This document shows positions 1 through 11,869 of a DNA stretch of 64,000 nt, piece after piece. The stretch comes from Mobula hypostoma (lineage: Eukaryota), in contig NC_086098.1 in the NCBI RefSeq assembly GCF_963921235.1, positions 237,770,001-237,834,000 on the forward strand, given 5' to 3'. The notes under the pieces are model-generated. The model was not told the origin of the DNA. It did no database searches and worked only from the letters and a program-made list of their open reading frames with translations. Within the stretch, counting starts at the first letter, position 1, and the number at the start of each line of letters is the position of its first letter. Made by a program: the position numbers and the translations under genes.

Positions 1-59
1 TCTTTCCCGTTTAATAACATTTTTCCGAAACTACTGATCGCCAAGGGTTTTCATAAACA

Positions 60-300
60 ACGGTATCTGGAGTAAACGGAGTCTTGAAAGGAAAAGAAAT
101 AAAAACATCGCGTGTGCGGCAATTTTGTGGGCGCCAACGCCTTGTTTCTGAGAGAGATTAGAAGAAAATAGCCAGACTGGATCAAGCTGATAAGAAGGCG
201 ACAATATTTCAAATGGCCACGCGTTACAACAGTGGTGTGCAGAAGAACGTTTATGAACGCACAACACGTCGAATCCTGAAGTGATTCAAAATTCAAGATC
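60..300 (+). mobile_element. Tc1-like transposon fragment
   Basis: cgttacaacagtggtgtgcagaag...gaacgcacaacacgtcgaa; the same sequence is inverted at 37070-37375. Confidence 0.6.
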
Positions 301-467
301 ACGAACATGCACTTAGTGGACACATCAATAGGTACATGTAATAAAATGACTATTGAGTGTATGAAAGCCAGTCTGCCATTGTAATTGCAAATGAATTCAG
401 TCCATTTGGTGAGGTTCAGTCTGAAGAGGGTAAACACCGGTTTAATTATTGGAGCAGGAGGAGAGGA

Positions 468-1092
468 TGGTGGCGCAACGCAGCGCGCGCGGCCACTCCG
501 GTGTATGATATCTGTTATCTGTCAAGTAGGGTACAGTGCACAATGCTGATTTGATGGAAACAGACGTGAGATCACGGAGGAACATCTGGAGAAACTTCTG
601 AAATGCCGGCTTCACTGCCGCTGCTACTGTGTGGTCCAGAATCTACGGAGGAGAAGGACCCGAATCCTCGGCTTTGCTTGTTTTGGTGGCCGGGGCGATG
701 TCGAAGGCGCTCGGCAGAAGATGGCGCTCGGGAGGCTGCATCGAAGGGGCTGGTTGGAGGCTCGAAGTTTTCGAATGGACGGAGTGTCGGCTGTTTTCGT
801 GTGCTTCCAATGCATCGGCAGTTGTCGGTGCCTGGAGGTTTCTGGCAGGGAGTTTCTCCCTTTTGCCGCCTGCTATCGGGGACTCGGGAGTCGATCGGGA
901 CTTTGAGACTTTTTTTTACCGTGCACATTCTTCAGCAAATTATGGTATTGTTTTGCACTGCTGTAACTATATGTTATAATTATTTGGTTCTGTCAATGTT
1001 AGTCTTTGGTTTGTCCTTTTTCTGTGATATCACTCTGGAGGAACATTGTCTCATTTCGTAATGTATGAATGCATTTCTAAATGACAATAAAC
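468..1092. repeat. Unclassified interspersed repeat
   Basis: GC-rich head and AT-rich tail ending aatgacaataaa, typical of non-autonomous elements; family not identified. Confidence 0.35.
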
Positions 1093-1269
1093 GATGACTG
1101 AGAGTTCTCACAATCTAAAAAAAAACAAGCAAACAAACTTCTGCGGATCAAAGAATGAATTGCTAATAATGTTTCCATCCCAAGGCTTCGCCCTCTCAGC
1201 CGAGCCACACCTCTCACCCAACTACCCACAAAGAGAAAACCGTTCACTGAAGTTATGTTTATTTCCATG

Positions 1270-2725
1270 TATTTCTATGGAGGACGAGAAAGGGAAGTTG
1301 ATATTGGGTAATGAGAAAATGGCAGAGGCTTTGAGGTATACGTTGTGTTTGCCTTCACGGTGGAGGACACGGCTGGCATGCCAAAAAGAAATGTTATGGA
1401 TGCGATGGGAGGTGAGGACCTCAATACAATAACAATCACTAAAACGGCAGTGTTGAAAAAACTTGTGGGCCTAAAAATAGACAAGTCCCCTGGTCCTGGT
1501 GGAATGCATCCCAGGATACCGAAAGAAGTGGTAGCAGTTACGTTAGAGGCTTTGATGATAATTTATCAAAATTTCCTGGACTCTGGGCAGGTCCCGGCGG
1601 ATTGAAATCGGCATATGTCACGCCACTGCTCAGAAAAGGATATAGGCAAAAGACAGTCAACTATAGGCCAGTTAGTTTAACATCTGTAGTTGGGAAAATA
1701 GTTGAAAATATCATCAAAGACAAAATGGAAATAAATGGATCAATCAGGCAAACGCAACATGGATTCAGCAAAGGTAGGTCCTGTTTGACAAATGTACTGG
1801 AGTTCTTTGAAGATATAACGAGCACAGTGGATAGAGGGGAACAGTGGACGTTAAATATTTGGTCTTTCAGAAGGCGATCGATAAGGTGCCGCATAAAAGA
1901 CTTTCTATAAGATAAGTATGCATCGAGTCGGGGGTGAAATATTACCATAGATAAAGGATTGGTTAACTAATAGAAAGCTGAGAGCTGGGACATTTGTTTC
2001 TGTGGTTCGCAATCAGCGGTGATCAGTGTGCCGCAGGGGTTGCTGCTGGGCCCGCAACTGTTCACGAGAGACATTAACAATCTGGAAGAGGGGACCGAGT
2101 GCAGTGTATCTAAGTTTGCTGATTATACTAATTGAGTGGAAAAACAAATTGTGCATAAGATACAGAGCGTCTGCAGAGAAATATAGGTATGTCAAGTGAC
2201 TGGGCAAGGGTCTGGAAGATAGAGTACAGTCTTGGTATTTGCGAGGTCATCAACTTTGGAAGGGAAAACGAAAGAGCTGATTATTATTTAAACGGTGAAA
2301 ACTTTCAGTCGTCAAAAAGGGACTTGGGAGTGTTTGTAGCTTAGTTAGTTTGCAGCTGCAGAAGGCGATCAAGAAGGCAAGTGGAATGTTGGACTTCATT
2401 GATGGAGGAATTGCATTCAAGAGCAGGGAGGTTATGCTGCACCTGTAAAAACTACTGGTGAGGAAGGATATACTGGGTTTGGAGGCGGTGTAGAGGAGCG
2501 GTGGAATTCTCTACCCAATTAAGCAGTGGAGGCTACCTCAGCAATTATATTTAAGACAAGGTCGGATATATTTTGCGTAGTAGGGGAATTAAGTATTATT
2601 GTGAAAACGCAGGTAGATGGAGATGAGTCCATGGCCAGGTAAGCCATGATCTTATTGAATGGTGGAGTAGGATCGACGTACTAGATGGCCTACTCCTGCT
2701 GCTATTTCTTATGCTCTTATAAGTT
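1270..2725 (+). mobile_element. Degenerate CR1 LINE ORF2 and 3' end
   Basis: LKIDKSPGPGGMHPRI, NYRPVSLTSVVGK, QHGFSKGRSCLTN, with frameshifts. Confidence 0.9.
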
Positions 2726-2739
2726 GCTGGAAAGCAGAA

Positions 2740-3030
2740 GCACCAGTTAAATTCTACAGGGGCGGCCTCACACTCGGTTGCGAAAGGCTGAGGTTTGGAC
2801 ATGGGACTAACAACCCCATCCCGTAAAAACACATACCTACAGATACGCCAACCGAAGCCCCAAAGGCCACATCCATGGGTGGTCAAAGGTCATCGCGGGT
2901 GGTCAAAGTTCTTCGCAGGTGGGCTCCTCCTCGGGAGAATTTGAAAGACTGGCCCAGGACAAAGGATTCTGTAAAGATGCTGTCAGCGGCCTATAATGCA
3001 GTAGGGGTTAAGAAGAAGAAGAGTCGCCAC
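2740..3030 (+). repeat. RTE-derived non-autonomous element
   Basis: ggacatggga..caaccccatcccgtaaaa and ggcccagga motifs; related copy at about 46230-46440. Confidence 0.45.
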
Positions 3031-3285
3031 TAAGGCGCCCTCATGAGAGGAAGTGAACTTTCAGAGTACACTCACCAAATTCTGAAAAACTCAGAATTCC
3101 GACAGATTCTTTGGACAAAGATAAACCGTTAAGGTTTCGGGCCGAGGCCCTTAATTAGAACTGAGGACTGATAAAGTACAAAGAGTGAAATGGACTTAAT
3201 TTTCAATTCAAAGCACAACTGCTGATTTTGGACCAAAATAGCAGTGTTGTGCCATAACCAGATCGGTGCTCGAGAGAGAATTGAC

Positions 3286-3512
3286 CTTCAGTAACAAGGA
3301 AATGAATCAGACCCTCATACAAAGGCAGCAGGACGTGCTGTCATCATAGACATCCAGTAAACAGCTACTGTGGAAATCGTAGGCAGACTCACTCACAATG
3401 CATCTATTTCATTTTCAGGCGCTTCAAATACTGATAAACAGTTGGTGCAACAGTTAACGGTTAAGGTGGAAAAAGTGACCGAATTAGAACTTCTGTGTGG
3501 GTTTCCTGTTTT
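3286..3512 (-). pseudogene. Possible degenerate B-type promoter and leader relic
   Basis: tgtgggtttcctgttt motif at about 3496-3512; ATGAG...TTACTGAAG|GT (3318-3286) resembles gene B ATGAG...TTACTGCAAG|GT; contains a stop. Confidence 0.35.
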
Positions 3513-3789
3513 CGTAGTTTGGACGCTGCTGCCCAAAGGTCAGCCTCTCAGCATTAATGTTATATGTCACATTGAAGGAACTGCAGCCCACAACGAGCAT
3601 ATTTGTGGAAATTAACCTTGTATACTGTGCCCCATGTTACATTCCGTGAACACGAGAAGCGCAATGTGAACAACATTCAATCCTAAATAAATAAATAGAA
3701 ATATAAAACCGGATGAACATATTCTTGGGGCACTGGCCACTCCAACAGGATCTGCATCCATATTTAATATTACTTCAACGAATCCTGCC

Positions 3790-4400
3790 TAATCCTGTAA
3801 CCATGTGACATAGGAACAGAATTCGGCTATTCAGCGCATCGAGCCTGCTCCACTATTCTGTCATGTCTGATTTATTTCGCATTGAACCTGCCTTTCCCCC
3901 GAAACATTTGATGCCCTTACCAATCGAGAACTGATCAATCTTCCCTTTAAATACATCCAATACTTGGCCTCCACAGCCGTCTGTGGCAATGTGTTTCACA
4001 GATTCGCCACCCTCTTGTGAACAAATTCCTCCTTATCACTGTTCTGAAGGGACGTCATACTATTTTAAGGTTGTGCCCTCCGGTCGTAGACTCTCGCACA
4101 ATTGGAAACATCGTCTCCACCTCCACTCTGAATCGGCCTTTCAGTATTCGATTGGGTTTAATGAGATGCCACACCACCCCACCACCACCAGCACCATTTT
4201 CTAAAGTCCTGTAAGTACGAGCACAGAGCCATCAAATGCTCTTCAGATGCTAGCTCTATCATTTCCAAGGTCAACCTGGTGAACCTCCTCTATGCCGTCT
4301 CCAATGGAACCTCGTCCTCCCTGAGATAAGACGCCCAAAGCTACTCACAATAATCCAATTGCTGTCTGACCTTACAAAGCCTCATCATTGCAACAACGCT
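3790..4400 (-). mobile_element. CR1 3' fragment
   Basis: Reverse complement of the CR1 RT C-terminus and 3' UTR. Confidence 0.75.
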
Positions 4401-4554
4401 ATAGGAATCATCGTTAATTATAAACGCCTTTCGCTGTATGAATATAGTAACTGCAAGAAAATGTCAGAGGTTGGAATCCCAGAGCGAGTAATACTTTTTG
4501 ACAATACCATCAATTTCGATCTTAAGACAGGTCACGACTCCAATGGAATACTAT

Positions 4555-4750
4555 AACAACAGGAATTCTGCAGATGCTGGAAATTCAAGCAACACAAATA
4601 AAAGTTGCTGGTGAACGCAGCAGGCCAGGCAGCATCTCTAGGAAGAGGTGCAGTCGACGTTTCAGGCCGAGACCCTTCGTCAGGACTGCACCTCTTCCTA
4701 GATATGCTGCCTGGCCTGCTGCGTTCACCAGCAACTTTTATGTGTGTTGC
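4555..4750. mobile_element. Penelope-like terminal-repeat element, palindromic
   Basis: gcagatgctggaaattcaagcaacac...ggtgaacgcagcaggccaggcagcatc arm with its inverted copy; related copies at about 17395-17650, 18330-18500, 30590-30700, 43015-43130, 56690-56830 and 60900-61060. Confidence 0.7.
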
Positions 4751-5255
4751 TCCAATGGAATACTATCTGCTGCTCTCTGTTGCTGCAGTTCCGATAAGGC
4801 AAACTCGGTATTGTTCATTGTAAAGTACCCCTATCAAAATTGACTGCAGTTACCCTCCCAGACAACTCCAACAGCTCTTCCCGAACCCTGCGCAAGCAGT
4901 TCAAGTGTAACAGGGACGGGAATACACTGCTGCAGGTTCTCCTCCAAATCCTGAATTACCCTATATTGTACATCTGTGTTCAGCCAATGTCTCTGATTCT
5001 AATGTCTCTAGTACCTTTCCAAGAGGGGCTGCAGTAAGTACGCACAGTCGACTCATCGCCAGCTTCTGCGGGAATTTAATCAAGAGGAAATTAATGCGGC
5101 TTTTGTTAGCGATGCACGTGTACATCCCGGAAACCATGTTCAAACCATGCTCTGTTTGGCAGACTTTCTGAACAATTCTCCATAGCCGTTTGATCTTGTG
5201 ACGAACAGACGCGGTAACCTGGTGCAACACACACTTTGCTCAGGTTGGATGTATA

Positions 5256-5272
5256 GGCCCCGCCCCGGAACT
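5256..5272 (+). promoter_or_regulatory. GC box next to an ETS-like site in the CpG-rich region upstream of gene A
   Basis: ggccccgcccc overlapping ccggaact about 115-130 nt upstream of the ATG; motif match only. Confidence 0.4.
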
Positions 5273-5384
5273 TCGGCACCGAGCAGTGTCCATGGCAGCT
5301 GAGAGGCTGCACAGAGCCGCGGCTGAAAGCAGTCCGACTCCTGGGAGTCGATCACAGCGCCGCCGAATACCGGCCCGAGACCAG

Positions 5385-5439
5385 ATGTTGATGGAAGCTT
5401 GGACCCTGTTCGTTACCGTTCAAATGTTTCGTGTTTGCG
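5385..5439 (+). CDS. Gene A exon 1: signal peptide (MLMEAWTLFVTVQMFRVC)
   Basis: ATG at 5385, hydrophobic leader, phase-1 donor G|GTGAGT at 5440; phase matches the V exon acceptor. Confidence 0.8.
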
Positions 5440-6067
5440 GTGAGTGAGTCGGCCTTGAGAACTTCAAAAGAAGATCGCCCGAAATGTTGGGAGAAACGGG
5501 TTCATGCATGTTTGTTATCCCAGTGGAAATATTGTTCGGTTATAAAACCAGATCAATGATCGGGATTAAGTTACCCACACGACTTTCGCCCCGCTCTCTG
5601 CATCCAACATCACACGAGAGTGGGGAAATAAATTTTAGTAAATCATATAAATCTGGGTTACAAAGCTAGAATCCTATAAATGCTGGTTCTAAAACAACCT
5701 AGATAAATTCTAAATAATTTTCTCGTTAAGTCTCGCACCTTTTCTATAGGTGATTCGTATCTGGCGCACTGATTCTCTGTGCCCGTACGTAACGCGAAAC
5801 CCAATGCAGAATGTTTGGCGGCCCTGCCTGATATGGTCACCAAACATCTCAATTTAAGGTCACCTGCGGAACCATGGACAAACTAATTTTGCCGGCTACA
5901 CATCGTGTAAATGAATAAAGGAAAACTCATAACATTTTGACCTAGTTAACGTGTATTTTCCTTCTGGTCGAACGTTAGGTTTTGTTGACATACCTTAGCA
6001 AATAAGACAAATCCGACTTTGTTTGATTCCGTAGTAGGTAATTTTAATTAACTGATAATAATTCCAG

Positions 6068-6391
6068 TTGCAGAACCCAAGCCGCTTTCTGAAATTCCAG
6101 CTGTAGTGACTGCAGATATCGGTCAGATGGTTGAACTCTCCTGCGAACTCACGTACAGAGTGGAGGTCGCAAGCAATGTGTTCTGGTACAAACAGCGTGC
6201 GGATGAACCCCCGGTAGCAATCAAATCCACGGAATGCAAAGAAAACGGCTGTCGGACCACTTACAAAAAAGGCTCCGGCGATCGCACATCAGTGCTGGAA
6301 CTCCGGGACGTCCGTGTGGAGGATTCGGGTTCCTACTACTGTTCTAGAAGGCATTCGCGGCTTGCGAAGGGACCCACGCTCCTGGTTGGAG
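6068..6391 (+). CDS. Gene A exon 2: Ig V-set domain
   Basis: Acceptor ttccAG at 6066-67, donor G|GTAAG at 6392. VELSC...WYKQ...LELRDVRVEDSGSYYC, with degenerate J-like end AKGPTLLV. Inside ORF 6106..6702. Confidence 0.93.
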
Positions 6392-6474
6392 GTAAGCGAA
6401 CTCGACACTGGGATTATACTCCGCCATGTACTTCATGTGAAGCTGCGATTAACGATGTCCCACTCTCTGTCCAG

Positions 6475-6795
6475 ACAGCTCCACCAACCGGACCTACATG
6501 CAGGTATTTGTCCCGCCGTCTGAAAGGACCGGGTCGGTTCACCTGGCGTGTCTGGTCGGCGGACTTTCTTCCATCCAGATTGTCATTTACTGGAACATAT
6601 CCGGACAGATCATGGAAGGATGGAGCGATACCGGCAGGCTTGACCCAGACCAGAGCTATAGTGTTAGAAGTCAGGTGCCGGTCCCAGTGGAAACCTGGAT
6701 GAGCGGCGGAGACTGCACCTGTATCGCACAACTCGGGGGTGCGGGAAAGAGCATAATCAAGAGCGTGTCCCATATCACCATTGAACCAGATCAAG
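6475..6795 (+). CDS. Gene A exon 3: Ig C1-set domain
   Basis: 83-nt intron, acceptor ccAG, donor G|GTGAG at 6796. VFVPP...VHLACLV...IYWNISG...SYSVRSQV...W...CTC is a C1-set pattern (ORF 6498..6818). Confidence 0.92.
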
Positions 6796-7500
6796 GTGAG
6801 GCGATATTTTATACATAAAGTATCGATACTCATCTGTGGTGGAATGGCGGAGCAGACTCGATGGGCCGAACGGTCTAATTTTGCTCCTATGTCTTACAGT
6901 CTTATGTCTGCTGGAATAACTCGCTGGTTCAATAACGTCACAGTCAACATTAATTTGTATTTATTCGTTTTTAAGACTCTGCTTATCTCCACCATTGACT
7001 GGCCTTTGAACAGCTGGGGGTGAACCGCCTTCTTAAATCTTTGATTCCCGTGACGATCTCACAGTATGGTTGGGAAAGGCTTCCTGGAATTAGACACGGC
7101 AACTGGGGAAATGATTGGAAAGGTCAAGGTGGCCGCAAGGCAAAGCGGAGAAACCGTCTGGAGGAGCCGTATGGCCTCATGCGTTATTCCATTCTCTGAG
7201 TCGTTCTTTGGTTAACGTTGCCATGGGTTTCTGGTTGTACATTATACTTTGAGGATCAAAGGTGAAACTTATTCACCGTTTACATTTACACGCATGAGGA
7301 ATTTGCTGTAGTGTGTTGGTCAGGGCACGACATGCAACAGAAGTCAAAAACTTTCTAAACTAAAAGAGTAAGGAGTTATAAATAAATAATTAAAAGAGCA
7401 TCCACTGATGTAAAATCATTTATATTACAACCAGATGAAAGCTCGAATAAAATGTGCTTGGAAACCGTGATTTCACCAAACAACAATTCTCTTTCTCTAG

Positions 7501-7590
7501 GCTGGTGTCCTCCCACAGCGATCCTCCTTGGGATCCTTGTCTTCCTGGTTATCCTAATTATTATTCGGATCTCTAAACAACGGAGATCAG
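7501..7590 (+). CDS. Gene A exon 4: connecting peptide and transmembrane (GWCPPTAILLGILVFLVILIIIRISKQRRS)
   Basis: Polypyrimidine acceptor ttctctAG, donor G|GTGAG, phase 1-1, uncharged TM followed by basic residues. Confidence 0.9.
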
Positions 7591-8431
7591 GTGAGGGCTG
7601 GCTTTTCCCAGAAATATCCATATAACTATTAACAGCTACTGTGGTCCCTGTTTCAAGGCCTTTTCTCATAATTGCTGCCAATGAGTTGAGAAGGGAGGAG
7701 GCGGAGATGAGTTGTGGCGGGGAGTTGGACTGAAATCTCAGAGGGTAGGGGTCTGAGGTCTCAATCCCGCCATCAGTGGTGTCTCTGTGTATGTTGCTCA
7801 TATTATTATTCTTGCTGAATTTATTTTTCCTGGATCAATCTGGTAAAACCCAAGGTATGGACATAGCCAAGCATAGCCTCAATTGCTAGGAACTTTGTAC
7901 TATTTTAGAGGTGTTTATTATTGTCGCTGTCTGAAAGTTTATAGAAATATTGCTGTGCAGACCTAAAAGTTTAATCCAACTGTGTAGAGACTTTGGGGAG
8001 ATACAAGTTGTATGTATCACTTTTAGGACAACGTATACCCTGTTCATGTTCTATACACTTTCAATTTCCTCTTTTAATTCCACACATATACGATGATTTT
8101 CACTTTGCGATTTCTCGATGTTAAGTGTGTTTGGAATGGCTATATCTATTAAGTAAGTTGTTCTTTCCTGTTTTTTTTTTCCTGTAATATAAAATAGAGG
8201 CAGCTATTATGGATCAGTAATAATGCATTGGTCATATTATAATTTGTCGGATATTGACTCTAAAACTGAATTAGGCTTATATTTAGAGAAGGGTATAGTG
8301 TCTTTTATGAGTTTGGATTTTATGAGTTGTGCCTGGATAAGTAATCAGATTGAGTTAAATTGCTGCAGTATCCTATAATACGTTAGCATAGATTTCTTAA
8401 GGGAATATCCTGCCAGACAAACATATTACAA

Positions 8432-9465
8432 TTTTTTCAGGAAATTATAGGTAGCCTAGACAGGGGAGAAGCAGTGGATGTTGCATATTTGGATTTTCAG
8501 AAGGCCTTTGACAAGGTGCCACACATGAGGCTACTTAACAAGATAAGAGCCCATGGAATTACGGGAAATTTACATACGTGGATACAGCGTTGGCTGATTG
8601 GCAGGAATCAGAGAGTGAGAATAAAGGGATACTATTCTGGTTGGCTGCCGGTTACCAGTAGTGTTCTACAGGGGTCCGTGTTGGGGCCCCTTCTTTTTAC
8701 ATTGTACAACAATGATTTGGATTATGGAATAGATGGCTTTGTGGCTAATTTGCTGACGGTACGAAGATAGCTGGAGGGGCCGGTAGTGCTGAGGAAACGG
8801 AGAGTCTGCAGAGAGACTTGGATAGATTGGAAGAATGGGCAAAGAAGTGGCCAGGTTGAATCGGTGGTGAAGAAGGCGAATGCAATGTTGGCATTCATTT
8901 CCAGAGGAATAGAGTATAGGAGCAGGGATGTGATGTTGAGGCTCTATAAGGCGCTGGTGAGACCTCACTTGGAGTAATGTGGGCAGTTTTGGTCTCCTTA
9001 TTTAAGAAAGGATGTGTTGACGTTGGAGAGGGTCACAGAAGATTCACGAGAATGATTCCGGGAATGAGAGGGTTAACATATGAGGAACGTTTGTCCACTC
9101 TTGGACTCTGTTCCTTGGAATTTAGAAAAATGAGGGAAGACCTCATAGAAACATTTCGAATGTTGAAAGGCATGGATTGAAAGGCGCCCTTTCAGAACAG
9201 AAATGCGAAGAAATTTCTTTAGTCAGACGGTGGTGAATCTATGGAATTTGTTGCCATGGGCAGAAGTGGAGGCCAAATCACTGGGTGTATTTAAGGCAGA
9301 GACTGACAGGTATCTGAGTAGCCAGGGCATCAAAGGTTATGGTGAGAAGGCAGGGGAGTGGGACTAAATGGGCGAATGGATCAGCTCATGATAAAATGGC
9401 GGAGCAGACTCCGTGGACTGAATGGCCTATTTCTATTCTTCTGCCCTATTCCTCGGTCTTATGGT
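8432..9465 (+). mobile_element. CR1 (subfamily B) in gene A intron 4
   Basis: DVAYLDFQKAFDKVPH...QGSVLGPLLF; internally deleted; interrupts an R4-like element. Confidence 0.93.
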
Positions 9466-9469
9466 TAGA

Positions 9470-10240
9470 TTGTTTCCGGTTTTCCGGGAATTTTCTGAAT
9501 TTATCGTCTTGAATTTGTTTGTCCTTTATTATATATTTTTGATGTTTTGTGTTACCCACCTGGTCCTGTCTTCGCACAAGGAAGAGTCATTCAACTCTGA
9601 GCCAGGCATTCGAAATTTCCTTGTCGACATCTGGTCTGCTCGGATCATGGAAAGTCTTCCATGGAGGGTTATGCTCTTCCAGTTTTCTTTTGTGATGATA
9701 ATTCTTTCATTTTTCTGAATTGTGCTTTCACTGAAGTTTAGTAATGCACCCAATACTTGTCATCAATATTGCATATGCTAGTGTGGATACTGAATCCTGT
9801 TTTTGTTGACTAAAATATATCCTTAAAAGCTTTATCTAACTGCTGTGCAGATTTTTAATATCTGTTATTCCTCTTCCTCCTTCTGCCCTAGTTAGTATTA
9901 ATCTAAGTACGTTCAAGTGTACAAGGTGTTTTCTCATATTTGTCATTTCAGTTCTTATTTTTCCTTGTAAAATTTCCGGGTCGGTTTCAGACCAATCTAT
10001 TATACCAAATGAATATGTTGTAATGGTACAGTGAAAATGTTTATTCCCATCGTTATATTTTCACTTTGGGTGGAGGAGTGTAGATACGTCTCGACCAAAG
10101 GAGGTGTAAGGCCCTCTTTCTCTCCGCTAGCTTGCAGGTCAACCTTGGGCAAGGTATAGCACCTGCTTGCCACATGGGATTCCATGACGGAGCGGATTGT
10201 GTATCTGAGAAATATTCTCGTGTTGGGGGTTATTGTCATA
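9470..10240 (-). mobile_element. R4/Dong-like (RLE) LINE fragment; continues at 8240-8420
   Basis: Homologous to 56850-57720, whose ORFs resemble the late RT and C-terminal domains of RLE LINEs. Confidence 0.65.
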
Positions 10241-10432
10241 TTTGGAAATGAATAAGAAAGTCACGACACAGCATAGAATCATTGGTGAATTTGAAATACT
10301 TCGCATAGCCCGACAGCTGGATTATTGGGGACTACTGTCATATTAGGATTGCTGACATATGACATTTCTGTAAGTAATTATAAGTTGACCAGACCAAATA
10401 ATAGTTCCAATTCGTGCTCTTTCATTGCACAG

Positions 10433-10482
10433 GGGCCCATCGTCAATTGGCGACGCACCAAGTACACGGCACTGCGGCTCAG
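10433..10482 (+). CDS. Gene A exon 5: cytoplasmic (GAHRQLATHQVHGTAAQ)
   Basis: ttgcacAG acceptor, CAG|GTACGT donor; 50 nt converts phase 1 to phase 0, as needed to join exon 6. Confidence 0.72.
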
Positions 10483-10599
10483 GTACGTATGGTGACTACA
10501 ACCCGTTGTAAGATTCACAAATTGGATGTTTGGGATTGGGTACATAAAGCCATACTTTACTAATATGCTGCAGTTATTTAAGGGGTAATCGTGCAGAGG

Positions 10600-11085
10600 A
10601 AGAAAACATAGAAACATAGAACATAGAAAATAGGTGCAGGAGTAGGCCATTCGGCCCTTTGAGCCTCCACCGCCATTTATTATGATCATGGCTGATAATC
10701 CAACTCAGAACCCTGCACCAGCCTTCCTTCTGATCCCCCTAGCCACAAGGGCCATATCTAACTCCCTCTTAAATATAGCCAATGAACTGGCCTCAACTGT
10801 TTCCTGAGGCAGAGAATTCCACAGATTCACCACTCTCTGTGTGAAGAAGTTTTTCCTAATCTCAGTCCTAAAAGGCTTCGCCTTTATCCTCAAACCGTGA
10901 CCCCTCGTTCTGGACTTCTCTAACATCGGAAACAATCTTCCTGCATCTAGCCTGTCCAATCCCTTAAGGATTTTATACGTTTCGATCAGATCCCCCCTCA
11001 ATTTTCTAAATTGCAACGAGTACAATCCGAGTTCATCCAGTCTATGACAAGGATGTCTTTCCTCAGATTAGGGGACCAAAACTGC
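10600..11085 (-). mobile_element. CR1 (subfamily A) 3' end in gene A intron 5
   Basis: YSLQFRKLRGDLIETYKILKG; (ctatgttt)n tail. Confidence 0.93.
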
Positions 11086-11174
11086 ACACAAGGTTGGCAC
11101 AGTCGTGACTGTTGCAAAATGGTAGATCATGCTGTTCAATATCTTTGATTGACAATTTTTGCTATACATTCCAG

Positions 11175-11237
11175 TCCCAAGCGCCGATCGTTTACGCCTC
11201 TCTCGAGTTCGGTGCATCAGCCTCTCCCCTCAGATGA
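11175..11237 (+). CDS. Gene A exon 6: ITIM-bearing terminal exon (SQAPIVYASLEFGASASPLR*)
   Basis: attccAG acceptor, phase 0; IVYASL fits the ITIM consensus (I/V/L/S)xYxx(L/V); TGA at 11235-37; ATTAAA at 11500-11505. Confidence 0.82.
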   Translation, partial: SQAPIVYASLEFGASASPLR

Positions 11238-11869
11238 GAATCTGGTTGAAGGATTAAGAAGAAATGGGCCGAACCAGGGGTCACACTAAAACCTACTGAA
11301 CAAATCATCTGACGCTGCTGGATTGACAAGATTTGTGCGGGCTCCTTTGATACGTCAATAGAATGTTGGACTAACATTGAAGTCGCGATTCTGGTGTATT
11401 CGAAACCTTAAGTGAAGAACAGTCTTTTTGCATAGTTTGCGTAAATCTCATCTCAAAGCTTTCCTCTGTGTTATCACTTTTAAATTTTCCTTTGTATAAA
11501 TTAAATGTATTGTAACATAAGAAAAAAAACTGTATTGCAGTAATCAACGGTCATTTTTCGGGGTTGTTCCGCCTCTGGTTTCAACTTACGCTGCAGCTCA
11601 GTTACTGTACAGTGCGACTTATCGGATTGACTCTATATTTATTGTACTTTGTGTTTCCATTGCGTTTTTATGCTGTGTCGGATCGGAGAAAAAACAATCA
11701 TTTTTGTTCGATATAGCTGAAGAATGACAGTAAACAATCTTGACTCTTGAATCTTCAGCGGTAAAGACCGCTGTTTGGACAACAGCCGAGGCATTTGGAG
11801 AAGTTAAACGCCCGCATCTGACCAAGAAGTCTTTGGGCTGAGAGGGAAAACAGCGTGGTTTTAAATCAA

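Noticed and set aside
6106-6702. 198-aa ORF as a single secreted protein
   Set aside because: It reads through a GT-AG intron (6392-6474). The C1 domain is in another frame and joins correctly only by splicing, although an intron-retained isoform cannot be excluded.
7376-7801. 141-aa minus-strand ORF
   Set aside because: Antisense to gene A's TM exon and introns; no domain signature.
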